DNA of 64,000 bases from Armatimonadota bacterium (GTDB lineage: Bacteria; Armatimonadota; Fimbriimonadia; Fimbriimonadales; GBS-DC). Positions 29,932-39,386 of the stretch are shown piece by piece. How positions within the stretch are numbered: position 1 is the stretch's first letter; each line of letters begins with the position of its first letter. Where the stretch lies: assembly GCA_037444405.1 (NCBI GenBank), contig JBBIML010000015.1, positions 39,550 through 103,549 on the forward strand, read 5' to 3'. The notes below the pieces were generated by a model that saw only the letters and a list, made by a program, of their open reading frames with translations, searched no databases and was not told the DNA's origin. A program made the position numbers and the translations under genes.

Positions 29932-31152
29932 ATGCCGTTCTTTAACTACACGATTCGGGATCAATCGGGCGCGACCCGTTCGGGCAAAGCGGAAGCCGAG
30001 AATGCGGAGGTGCTGCGCAAGCGGCTGCAGGAAGAAGGCTTCCAGGTGATCGAAATCTCGATGGATCGGGCGGCGCCACGCGTGCCGGCGGGCGGCTACG
30101 GGCGCGTGCGCCTGAGCGACCTCGCCATCTTCGCCCGCCAGTTCTCCACCATGCTCGATGCGGGCGTGTCGCTTGTGCGCTGCCTCGATGTGCTGCAGCA
30201 GCAGACCAGCAACGCGCGCCTACGCCGAATCCTGATGGATCTCTCCACGCGCGTCGAATCGGGCGAGAGCCTCTCCCGCGCAATGTCGCGCCACCCCAAA
30301 GCGTTCAGCCAGCTGATTATCGGTCTGATCCGCGCGGGTGAGGTCGGCGGCGTGCTGGAGGAATCGCTGCAGCGAATCGCCCACTTCCTGGAGAAGGATG
30401 TGGAGCTGCGCCGCAAGATCCGGTCCGCGCTCACCTACCCTGTCATCGTGCTGCTGGCGGCGACGGGCATCGTGATCTTCCTGGTATCGTGGCTGGTGCC
30501 TCAGTTCGCCAGCCTGTTCAGGGACCTCGGCATCAAACAGCTCCCTGCCCCTACCCAGTTCCTGGTGGACCTGAGCGCGTTTCTGACCCAGAAGTGGTAC
30601 ATCATCATCATTTCGCTGGTGGTGATTATCATCGCCTACAAGCTATTTGTCAGCACGCGGGTCGGGCGGCGGGTCGCAGACAGGGTGAAACTACGCCTGC
30701 CTGTGTTTGGCAAACTGCACCACAAGATTGTGATGGCGCGCTTCAGCCGCACAATGGGCACTCTGCTCGCTTCGGGCGTGCCGATCCTGCAGGCGATGGA
30801 GACGGTGGCAGGCGTCGTGGGCAACTCGGTTGTTGCCGACGCCGTGCTGGAATCGCGCGCCCGCATCCGTGAAGGCGAGAAGATTGCTGACCCACTCCAG
30901 AAAAGCAAAATGTTCCCACCGATGGTGGTGCATATGGTCAGCGTCGGCGAGGAATCAGGCTCGCTGGATCACATGCTCAACAAGATTGCCGACTTCTACG
31001 AGAACGAGGTGGAGACCGCGATTGCGAGCCTGACCGCTGCGATTGAGCCAGTGATGATTGTGATCCTCGGCTTCATCGTCGGCTTCATCGTGATTTCGAT
31101 GTTCCTGCCGATGATCGAGGTGATTTCGAATCTGAGCCAATCGCAGAGCTGA
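29932..31152 (+). CDS. pilC: Type IV pilus platform protein PilC/GspF
   Basis: F.RQFSTML.AGV, AGE.GG.L, SALTYP, VGEESG.LD.ML and IEP motifs. Confidence 0.95.
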   Translation: MPFFNYTIRDQSGATRSGKAEAENAEVLRKRLQEEGFQVIEISMDRAAPRVPAGGYGRVRLSDLAIFARQFSTMLDAGVSLVRCLDVLQQQTSNARLRRILMDLSTRVESGESLSRAMSRHPKAFSQLIIGLIRAGEVGGVLEESLQRIAHFLEKDVELRRKIRSALTYPVIVLLAATGIVIFLVSWLVPQFASLFRDLGIKQLPAPTQFLVDLSAFLTQKWYIIIISLVVIIIAYKLFVSTRVGRRVADRVKLRLPVFGKLHHKIVMARFSRTMGTLLASGVPILQAMETVAGVVGNSVVADAVLESRARIREGEKIADPLQKSKMFPPMVVHMVSVGEESGSLDHMLNKIADFYENEVETAIASLTAAIEPVMIVILGFIVGFIVISMFLPMIEVISNLSQSQS

Positions 31153-32177
31153 TGCTACCTGCCTGGAGCGTGGTGTTCGGCGTTGCCTTCGGGGCAGCGA
31201 TAGGCAGCTTTTTGAATGTGCTGATCTATCGGCTGCCCCGAAGGCTTTCTATCGTTTTTCCGCCTTCCCATTGCCCGGCATGTCAGCATCGGCTCGGCGT
31301 GCGCGATCTGGTGCCGCTGTTGAGCTATCTGATACAGGGTGGGAAGTGTCGCTACTGTCGTGCCCGCATCTCTGTGCGCTACTTTCTGGTGGAGCTGTGG
31401 AGCGCGAGCGTGTGGGGCTGGCTCTGGTGGCAGCATCTGGTGGCGGGCGAGCTGCCCCTGCGCTTCCTGCTCTACGCGCTCGCCTGCGCCGCGCTGATCG
31501 CCATCTTCTTTATTGACCTCGAACACACCATCATCCCCGACGAGCTGAACTTCGCGCTGCTCATAGCGGGTCTCCTGCATGCCTGGCTCCTTGTGAATCA
31601 GCCCACCGACTGGTCATGGGCATACTGGGGTGAGGTGAATCTCAAAAATGCGCTTGTGGGTGCGGAGGTAGGCGCGGGCATCCTGTGCCTGATTGCGATC
31701 CTGGGGCGGGTGGTGTTCCGTCGTGACGCGATGGGGCACGGCGACATCAAGCTGGTGCGGGCGATGGGCGCGTTATTGCCGTTGCCCGCGTTGCTGACCG
31801 CGTTCGCACTGGCGGTGGCAGGCGGCGCGATCATCGGCGGCTTGTGGGTACTGTGGCAGTCGCGTCGTCAGCCGTCGGAAGCTGCAGGCAAGGCGGAGGG
31901 CGAATCGCTCCCACCTGAACCCATTCCCAGCCTCCTGCTGATGTGCCTGATCTATCTGCTCTGGCTCGATGTGCTGCTGATGCTGTTGCCCGCCCGCTGG
32001 CAGCAGCGCCTTTACACCGCGCTCGGTCAGCCTGCTGAAGAGGAAGAAGAGCTATCCACTATGCCTGGCATGCTGCCGTTTGGTCCCTTTCTGGCAGTGG
32101 GAGCGCAGCTGACCCTGCTTTTCGGCGCGCCGCTTGCCTCCCTCATCCGCGCCTATCTGAATTGGTCGGGATTTTGA
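31152..32177 (+). CDS. pilD: Prepilin peptidase
   Basis: GSFLNV.IYRLP, SHCP.C, GKCRYC, FID, MG.GD.KL and PFGPFL motifs. Confidence 0.93.
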   Translation: MLPAWSVVFGVAFGAAIGSFLNVLIYRLPRRLSIVFPPSHCPACQHRLGVRDLVPLLSYLIQGGKCRYCRARISVRYFLVELWSASVWGWLWWQHLVAGELPLRFLLYALACAALIAIFFIDLEHTIIPDELNFALLIAGLLHAWLLVNQPTDWSWAYWGEVNLKNALVGAEVGAGILCLIAILGRVVFRRDAMGHGDIKLVRAMGALLPLPALLTAFALAVAGGAIIGGLWVLWQSRRQPSEAAGKAEGESLPPEPIPSLLLMCLIYLLWLDVLLMLLPARWQQRLYTALGQPAEEEEELSTMPGMLPFGPFLAVGAQLTLLFGAPLASLIRAYLNWSGF

Positions 32178-32254
32178 CGACAAACGGCAGGATTCGAGCG
32201 GTGCATGAAGTATAATGAACACCTAATGAACGAAGGAAGGTGACCGTTCCCGGT

Positions 32255-32291
32255 GGGGGCGTCTCCCGCGAAGGGCGGACGCCCTCTTTTC
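32255..32291 (+). terminator. Intrinsic terminator
   Basis: GGGGGCGTCT...GGACGCCCTC stem followed by TTTT. Confidence 0.65.
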
Positions 32292-32312
32292 TACGCTAAG
32301 AGGCAGCTGCTT

Positions 32313-32510
32313 CTACATTAGCAATCCCTCACCCAGCAGCCTTCCATCCAGCACCAGCACCACACGACCCTCCAGCGCCGCCGTTATCACCTCATTCACC
32401 ACCTCCGCTCCACCAACCGCCGGCACCGCCTCATATCCCAACCGCTGTAGTATCCTCACCCGACGCAGCGCTCGCTCCATATCTCCCGTGTCCACCACCC
32501 ACGACGCTTG
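32313..32510 (-). pseudogene. C-terminal remnant of a conserved hypothetical protein (xSWVVD..D.ERA.RR...L...G..AVP.V.G pattern)
   Basis: Reads QASWVVDTGDMERALRRVRILQRLGYEAVPAVGG...; no start or RBS, 5' part missing, purine-skewed composition unlike neighbours. Confidence 0.5.
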
Positions 32511-32536
32511 CCAGCAACAGGGTAGAATATGTTCTG

Positions 32537-34903
32537 ATGAGACGGTCAGGCTGGTGGTTATCCCTCGTGCTGTTTTCCCTTACTGGTCTGGTGTGGGGTC
32601 AAACTGCCCCTGCAATGCAGGCGTTGCGCTGGCAGGTGCGCCCTGGTGCGGAGTCGGGCGTTTTGATGAGCAGCACGCGCAGTCGGCTGGAGGGCGACCA
32701 TCGGCTGATTGGCAGGCGCGGGACGGCAACCTACGGCTTCCGTGTGCTGAGCGGGATGGATGTGCAGGTGCAGGTTACGGCAGGGGGTAATGGGCAGGTG
32801 CGCCTGCGTGCCGCCGATAGGGGGCTGGCAGTTCAACCTGTTCGTGGCGGCGTACGCACCTACACGCTCACTGTTCGCACGCCGTACCAGCCTGCCATCC
32901 AGACCCTGCAGGTGACGGTGGCGGCGGGTCGGCGCGGGCGCGTGGTGCTGTACGGCATAACGGTTCGGGCAACCCAGCGCGACGAGGACGGCGACGGCAT
33001 CGGCGACAGCACTGAACGCTTGCTGGGCGCACCCATCAGCGCACTCAAGCCGAAGCTCACTCCGCCGCGAGTCGAGTCGCCGGCTGCCATCCTCACCGAG
33101 TCTGTCGTTAACAAGCCCGTGCCGCTCAGCGGGGAGTATCAGCCCGACCCGTTCAGCCTGACCTATCTGCGCTGTGCGCTGCTAACGGGCATGCTGGGCG
33201 GGCGAGCGGAGCCTGTGCCACTCACAATAGACCCGATGCAGGAGCTGCTGCAGCGCGACCTGCGAACCCATCAGCGGGTGTTGTTCAGCACACTGGTCGC
33301 AACGCTGATGGCACCATCGGTACGCCCGATTATTGATCTGGAGCAACTCGACGCGCCGCCCGATTATCTGGCGTTGGTGTGGAGCGCGGCGCAGGCGGTC
33401 GATTCGATGGCGGAGCGCGGGGCGGGCACGCTGGACGCGGGGCTGGAGGGTATTGGCGTGCTGGTGTCGGGCTTGGAATCGATGGACACAGCGGCGGTGC
33501 TTGCTGTCGCGCTGCCGCTGGTGCGGGCAGGCGTGCCCGTACAGTTCTGGACGCCACAACGGCTGGTGAGTCGTCCTGACTGGGGCAATCTGCGCCTGCT
33601 GATCTGGACGCCCGAAGCGGTGCCCGTCGAAAACACGGCTGCCCTTGAATCGATGGCGAGCTGGGTGCGCAACGGTGGCTGGTTGTTTGTGGTGGGCATG
33701 CCCGTCAGCGATTCGCAGGGCGTGGACAGCTCGACCACACTGCAGGCGCTGCTGGCACGGCTGGGGCTGAATCCCACCCTCACGGTCATGCCCGACACGG
33801 GGGAACGCCCCTCCTGGCAGGAGGTCGCCCGACATGGGACGCAACCGGAACAGGGCACGCTCAACCGCCACTGGGTGGAGATCGACCTCAGCCCCTATGC
33901 GGGTCAAACGGTTTATGTGCGTTTCAGCGACAGTCTGCCCGACACAGGCTTCGGCGCGCGCGTGCGTCAGGTGCGACTGGAATCGGACGGGCGTGTGTGG
34001 ACGGCTTTCCAGACGGGCACCGTCGTGGAGCGACTGTTCCTCTACGCGCATTCGGAAAGTCTGCTGAACGCCAGCGGGGAGCGTACCGCCGACGGCACAG
34101 CATGGTTTGTCTACCGCTTCCCGTTGCCTGCAGCCACACGCCTCACCCTGCGCGTGGAGATTGCGCAGGAGTGGCGAATTGAACTCAGCCTGCAGCCGCC
34201 CTATCCAGAGCGCGTGCTGACCCGCCAGCGCCCCGATTTGCCGATGCTGACCCTGCGCCACGATGAGCGCGTGGTTGCCTGCTCGCTGGAGGGCGCAGAG
34301 CGGCTCTATCAGCTGGGCGATGTGCCAGTGGGCATGCTGCAAACCGTCGGGCGCGGCGGCGTGATGCTGCTGGGCGTTTCGAGCAGGGTTTTCGCTAACA
34401 GTCCCAACGGTGAGAGCCAGCTGCGTCAGCTCGTACGCTATATTATCGGGCGTGCGGGCGTGCGCTATCGCGAGCGCGCACGGTTCACCATCCAGCGCGG
34501 CGACTGGCTGGCAGCCTTCGGCACCTACCGACTCACCGTGCTACGCGGCACCTATCTGGATGTGCTGGATCCAGCGCTGCCGATACAGACCGATGTGGTG
34601 CTGGAGCCGCGAACGCCGCGCCTGCTCCTGCGCGTGGATACGCGACTCCAGCGAGCCAATCTGCTCCACACCAACGCGCAGATTGTGCTGCGCCACGAAA
34701 CCGTTAGCTCGCTCAGCTATCTGATGCGTGGTGCGGAGGGCGTGCCAGGCTTCGCCCGAATCAGTCTCGGCTCGCTCAAAGGGCAGGTTCAGCTGTTCGA
34801 TCCGCTGGGGCGACCTGCGTCTGCGAAGGTGGAGCGGGCGGGCAGAACGGTGCTGGTTCGCTGGAACATGAGCGCGAGCGGGCATGTGCTGATAGTGCGT
34901 TGA
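32537..34903 (+). CDS. Hypothetical secreted protein
   Basis: 788-aa ORF with signal peptide, a DEDGDGIGD Ca-binding-like motif and host-like codon usage. Confidence 0.7.
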   Translation: MRRSGWWLSLVLFSLTGLVWGQTAPAMQALRWQVRPGAESGVLMSSTRSRLEGDHRLIGRRGTATYGFRVLSGMDVQVQVTAGGNGQVRLRAADRGLAVQPVRGGVRTYTLTVRTPYQPAIQTLQVTVAAGRRGRVVLYGITVRATQRDEDGDGIGDSTERLLGAPISALKPKLTPPRVESPAAILTESVVNKPVPLSGEYQPDPFSLTYLRCALLTGMLGGRAEPVPLTIDPMQELLQRDLRTHQRVLFSTLVATLMAPSVRPIIDLEQLDAPPDYLALVWSAAQAVDSMAERGAGTLDAGLEGIGVLVSGLESMDTAAVLAVALPLVRAGVPVQFWTPQRLVSRPDWGNLRLLIWTPEAVPVENTAALESMASWVRNGGWLFVVGMPVSDSQGVDSSTTLQALLARLGLNPTLTVMPDTGERPSWQEVARHGTQPEQGTLNRHWVEIDLSPYAGQTVYVRFSDSLPDTGFGARVRQVRLESDGRVWTAFQTGTVVERLFLYAHSESLLNASGERTADGTAWFVYRFPLPAATRLTLRVEIAQEWRIELSLQPPYPERVLTRQRPDLPMLTLRHDERVVACSLEGAERLYQLGDVPVGMLQTVGRGGVMLLGVSSRVFANSPNGESQLRQLVRYIIGRAGVRYRERARFTIQRGDWLAAFGTYRLTVLRGTYLDVLDPALPIQTDVVLEPRTPRLLLRVDTRLQRANLLHTNAQIVLRHETVSSLSYLMRGAEGVPGFARISLGSLKGQVQLFDPLGRPASAKVERAGRTVLVRWNMSASGHVLIVR

Positions 34904-34940
34904 GCGAACCTTCAGCGGGGTAGAATCGTATTAGGAAGCG

Positions 34941-37139
34941 ATGGCGTTGGACGACGCGCAATACAGGGCGCAGGCAACCAGTTCGGAGCCGCTCGCTCCG
35001 CTGGCAGGCTCGCTGAACTGGCTGCTGTACGGAGCCGCCTGGCTGGTGAGCATCATCAGCGTGCTGGCGTTCCGTGCAGCCCGCATGGAGGCGGACACCT
35101 CCAGCTTCACCCTGTTCCTGATTCTGTTCATCACGCTCGGAACACTGTTGAGCGCACTGCTTAGTCAGCGACCGTTGAGCGAGACCACACGCCTCGTCTT
35201 CGGCTTTCTCGATGCGACGCTCGCGCTCTTCACGATCACCGCTCAGCCCTCCTTTAACGCGCTGGTCAACATGCCGACCGATTCGGCGATAGAGATTTAT
35301 TTGAGCACCTCGCTTCTGTGGTATCTGGCTCTGCGCACGCCGTTGATGGTCTCGCCCCCATCGGTGCTGTTCCAGAATGTGCCTGTGATGGCGCTCTTCG
35401 GGCTGATTGGCTCCTATCTGTTCGCGCCTGCTGTGCCCTATCTGTTCCTGGCGTTCATCGCGGTGCTGCTCGCGATGCTGATTCTGGCGCACCAGATGGA
35501 GTTGCGGGTGCAGTTGCCGCTGGCGGTGGTGGGACGCTATGCGCTGCTGGGCAGTTTGATAGCAACCGTTGGGGCGAGCGGGCTGGCGCTGCTGTTATGG
35601 CTGATGCTGGGCGAGCTGGTATCGGGGCTTGTGATTGGTCTGCCGTTTCGGACGCCGGGCACAGGCAGCCGCGCGCCCGCTATACCAGCCCTGCAGGTGG
35701 GCGCGGGTCCGCTGGAGCTGAGCGACACACCCGTGTTGCGCGTGCGATTCCTGCAGGGGAGTGCCCGCTATCTGCGAGCCGATACTTATGACCAGTACAC
35801 AGGGCGCGGCTGGAACCGAACCTATCTCGGCATGCGCCTGATCGAAGCGGGTGAGCAGGGCGAGTTTGTGATTGTCTCGAACCTGTCCCACTATCCGCAC
35901 GCGCATCAGGTTCACGCGGAGATCACTGTGCTGGGTGGGATCCATCAGCAGTTCTTCTCGCCCGGCATGCCCCTCTGGCTCAAACCGTTTGAGCAGCGTC
36001 GCGCCATTCGGGTGGTCTACGCAACGGGCACCATCTGGGTGCGTCGTCCGCTGACGCCCGGCACAGGCTATGAAATCCGTGCGCTGGTCAGCTCCCAGCA
36101 GCCCGCCCTTTTGCGCGAGCGCGAAGCCATCACGCCGTTCTGGGGTTCGTGGATCACACCCGCTCGCAACGCGCGCGTGATGGAACTGGCACAGCAACTC
36201 ACCGCCGATCAGCCCACCGATTATGATAAGGTGATGGCGCTCAAACGGTACATCGAGACCCACGCCGCCTATAATGTGCATACAGAAGCCTATCCGTCAG
36301 AGGTCGATGTGGTGGAGCATTTTCTCTTCGAGGCGAAACAGGGCTATTGCATCGAGTTTGCGACGGCGCTGGCGGTGATGTGCCAGTATGTGGGTCTACC
36401 GGCGCGGGTGGTGTCGGGCTACCTGCTGCAGGAGCGCGATCCCGACACGGGCGACTACATCGTGCGTGAGCGCCATCGCCACCTCTGGACGGAGGTCTAC
36501 TTCGAGGGCGTCGGCTGGGTTCCATTTGACGCGACGGAGAACGCGCGCGTGATCGATGGGGGCGATTCGGCGACTGGCAGCGCGGGGAGCGAGTCGGCGC
36601 GGCGTCATCCGCTCTATCGCTGGCGCCGCCTGCTGGACGGGCTGATTGCTGCCGGTCTCATTTATCTGCTGTGGAGTGTGCTGTTCTCCCGATGGCTGGG
36701 CGATCACAGGAGCCTTCCGATCGCTTATGCGCTCTACATGCGGCTGGTCTACTGGCTGCGGTTGATGGGCTGCCCTGCCCCGCTCGCCTCACAATCGCCG
36801 AACGACTATCTGCAGGCGTGCCTGCCCAGGCTCGGTGAGGGCTGGCGCGACGCCCGACGCGCCGAAAGGGCAACGGCACTGCTTGGCTCATTGCGGGAGC
36901 CGCTGTTGCGCCTGCTCTACGCGCCGCCGCTTGAAGCCCGCGCCGTCGTAGCAGAGGTGCAGGGTAAACTTAAAGCGCTGCAGCGTGTGCTGCGGCAGGA
37001 GCTGGGCTATTTTCGTCTTATTGGGCGAGCCGCACGGCTGCTGTGGCTCGATGGGTTCGCCTCAGCGAGTCGTGCGAATGCTCACAGCGACGCAGGGGGC
37101 GGAACGCCCCTTATCGAAGTCGCACAACGATGGAACTGA
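34941..37139 (+). CDS. Membrane transglutaminase-like protein (TgpA/DUF3488 type)
   Basis: N-terminal TM bundle, YLR..TYD.YTG.GW, FLF..KQGYC.EFATA.AVM....G.PAR.V.GY and H.W.EVYF.G.GWVPFDAT (Cys-His-Asp triad). Confidence 0.9.
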   Translation: MALDDAQYRAQATSSEPLAPLAGSLNWLLYGAAWLVSIISVLAFRAARMEADTSSFTLFLILFITLGTLLSALLSQRPLSETTRLVFGFLDATLALFTITAQPSFNALVNMPTDSAIEIYLSTSLLWYLALRTPLMVSPPSVLFQNVPVMALFGLIGSYLFAPAVPYLFLAFIAVLLAMLILAHQMELRVQLPLAVVGRYALLGSLIATVGASGLALLLWLMLGELVSGLVIGLPFRTPGTGSRAPAIPALQVGAGPLELSDTPVLRVRFLQGSARYLRADTYDQYTGRGWNRTYLGMRLIEAGEQGEFVIVSNLSHYPHAHQVHAEITVLGGIHQQFFSPGMPLWLKPFEQRRAIRVVYATGTIWVRRPLTPGTGYEIRALVSSQQPALLREREAITPFWGSWITPARNARVMELAQQLTADQPTDYDKVMALKRYIETHAAYNVHTEAYPSEVDVVEHFLFEAKQGYCIEFATALAVMCQYVGLPARVVSGYLLQERDPDTGDYIVRERHRHLWTEVYFEGVGWVPFDATENARVIDGGDSATGSAGSESARRHPLYRWRRLLDGLIAAGLIYLLWSVLFSRWLGDHRSLPIAYALYMRLVYWLRLMGCPAPLASQSPNDYLQACLPRLGEGWRDARRAERATALLGSLREPLLRLLYAPPLEARAVVAEVQGKLKALQRVLRQELGYFRLIGRAARLLWLDGFASASRANAHSDAGGGTPLIEVAQRWN

Positions 37140-38227
37140 AATACAGCAAGCTCACGGAGGAGCAGTTTCGGTCGCCCGCTCGCGCATACCTGCTGACGGG
37201 CGACGAGCCAGTGTTCGCACGCGAGTTCCTCGAGCGGCTGCGCCACGCCCTCTCAATAGAGCCGGGCAGTCTCGATGAAGCCCTGCTGGACGCGCGGGAG
37301 ACACCCGTTGCTGCCGTCGTCCATCAGGTGCAGACCCTGCCGATGGAAGGCGAGCGACGACTGGTCATTCTGCAGGCGGTCAATCGCTATAATGCCACCG
37401 AGCTGCAGGCGCTGGCGCGACTCATCCCGCAAATCCCGCCCTTCAGCTGTCTGGTTCTGCTGCCCGAACCTGCCGAATCGTCGGAACGCTCCGAACGAAC
37501 CGAATCGGCAGGCTGGCAGGCGGTGATGAACGCCGTGCGCGAGCATGGCGTGCTGATCACGCTCGAACCGTTGCGCGGCAAATCGCTGGAGGCGCGCCTG
37601 ATTGAAACGGCACGCGCCGCGGGCAAACGCCTGCGCCCACCCGAAGCCCAGCTGCTGATGGAGCTGGTGGATGGTGTCGCAGAGCGCGCGCTCACCGAAC
37701 TGCAGAAAGTGCTGCTCTACATCGAGCCACGCACCGAGATCAGCCGTGACGACATCGAGCGCGTGGTCAGCCCCTCCCAGCAGGCGCAGGTGTTCCGGCT
37801 CGTCGATGCAATTGTGGCGGGCAATGTCGCCGAATCGCTGCGCTGGCTGAACCTGCTGTTTCAGGCTGGCTCGCGTCCCGAAACCGCCGCCCTCCAGACG
37901 CTCGGACTCATCAGTCGCCAGTTCCGATTATTATGGGATATGCAAATCCTGCTCACGCATCGCCAACCCATCGATAAGCCGGAGCAGATTCAGGCGGATG
38001 TGGCACAGAAGTTGCTGCATGAGCCGAATGTGGTTCAGTTGCTGCAGCGACAGCCCTTTTTGCGGGAAAGGTTGAAGCGGCAGGCGGAGCGGTTCCCTGC
38101 AAGCCGACTCCAGAAGGCGTTCGCTGCGCTGAACGAAGCCGACCTCGCCCTCAAAGGTGTACTTCCCGCTGTAAATCCAGCCGAAGTTATGGAAAGACTC
38201 ATCGTGCGCCTCACTACGCAGGTGTAG
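37130..38227 (+). CDS. holA: DNA polymerase III subunit delta
   Basis: YLL.GDE, TLPM..ERRLV, EL.K..LY, VF.LVDA and L.EAD..LKG motifs. Confidence 0.85.
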   Translation: MELKYSKLTEEQFRSPARAYLLTGDEPVFAREFLERLRHALSIEPGSLDEALLDARETPVAAVVHQVQTLPMEGERRLVILQAVNRYNATELQALARLIPQIPPFSCLVLLPEPAESSERSERTESAGWQAVMNAVREHGVLITLEPLRGKSLEARLIETARAAGKRLRPPEAQLLMELVDGVAERALTELQKVLLYIEPRTEISRDDIERVVSPSQQAQVFRLVDAIVAGNVAESLRWLNLLFQAGSRPETAALQTLGLISRQFRLLWDMQILLTHRQPIDKPEQIQADVAQKLLHEPNVVQLLQRQPFLRERLKRQAERFPASRLQKAFAALNEADLALKGVLPAVNPAEVMERLIVRLTTQV

Positions 38228-38291
38228 AAGGCGACCCAATGTGCAACTTTTGCTGAGAATTCGTAATCTAAGGATAGGGAGGCAATCGAGA

Positions 38292-39371
38292 TTGGCAAAG
38301 CGCGTGGCGGAGAATCCGATTATTGTGCCGGAGGCGGTGCCGCCATCCGAGCCGGGGCTGGAAGTGATTGGTGTGTTCAATCCGGGGGCTGTGCGCTACG
38401 GTGATGAGGTGCTCCTGCTGCTGCGGGTGGCGGAGCGCCCCGTGCTGGACGACCCCGACCTGGTGGGCGTGCCGGTGCTGAACCTGAACCATCGGCATCG
38501 CTCGCAGCGTGTGGAAGTGCTGACCTTCTCGCGCCACTCACCTGAGGTCGATCTCAGCGACCCGCGTGCTATCCATGTGGGGGGGCGCACCTATCTCAGC
38601 TCTATCTCGCACCTGCGACTGGCACGCAGCCGCGACGGCATCCACTTCACCATCGACCCGCAGCCGACGCTCTTCCCGGAGACCATCTACGAAGAGTACG
38701 GGCTGGAGGACTGCCGCATCACCCCGATTGAAGACACCTACTACATCACCTGCACCGCCGTCTCGCGGTTCGGTATCTGCGCGGAGCTGTTCAGCACGCA
38801 GGACTTCCGCTCTTTCCAGCGGCACGGGCTGATTTTGCCTCACGAAAACAAGAATGTGGTGCTGTTCCCGCGCCGCGTGCAGGGTCGCTATGTCGCCCTG
38901 CACCGTACGGGCATGTCGCCCTTCAATGGTCCGAACATGTGGATTGCCTATTCGCCGGACCTGATGCACTGGGGGGATCATCACTTTTTGATGGCGCCGC
39001 GCCCGCATCTGTGGGATGCACGGCGCATCGGCGCAGGCACGCCGCCGATTGAAACGCCCGAAGGCTGGCTGATTGTGTATCACGGTGTGAACGCCAAAGA
39101 TGGCTACTGCGCGGGCGTCGCCCTGCTCGATCTGGAGGAGCCGCACCGCGTGCTGCACCGCTCGCACGAGCCGCTCATCACACCGACCGAGGATTACGAG
39201 GTCAGCGGCTTCTTTGAGCGGGTGGTGTTCCCGACGGGCATCGTGCCGATGGGCGATGGGCGTGTGCTGATCTACTATGGCGTCGCTGATCGCGCCGTTG
39301 CCGTCGCCGAAAGCACGATCACGGATTTGATTCGGGTAGCGCAGGGCGAGCGCGCGCCCGCCGCGGTTTGA
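38292..39371 (+). CDS. Glycoside hydrolase family 130 (mannoside phosphorylase-like)
   Basis: VFNPGA, LLLRVAE, SHLRLA.S.DG, G.EDCRI, NKNVVLFP, IG.G.PP and VVFP.G motifs. TTG start follows GGAGG. Confidence 0.9.
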   Translation: MAKRVAENPIIVPEAVPPSEPGLEVIGVFNPGAVRYGDEVLLLLRVAERPVLDDPDLVGVPVLNLNHRHRSQRVEVLTFSRHSPEVDLSDPRAIHVGGRTYLSSISHLRLARSRDGIHFTIDPQPTLFPETIYEEYGLEDCRITPIEDTYYITCTAVSRFGICAELFSTQDFRSFQRHGLILPHENKNVVLFPRRVQGRYVALHRTGMSPFNGPNMWIAYSPDLMHWGDHHFLMAPRPHLWDARRIGAGTPPIETPEGWLIVYHGVNAKDGYCAGVALLDLEEPHRVLHRSHEPLITPTEDYEVSGFFERVVFPTGIVPMGDGRVLIYYGVADRAVAVAESTITDLIRVAQGERAPAAV

Positions 39372-39386
39372 AAACCGCCTGCTGTC

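Noticed and set aside
32230..32250. SRP (4.5S) RNA suggested by GAAGGAAG
   Set aside because: The flanking CAGG...GGAAGCAG helix-8 context is absent.
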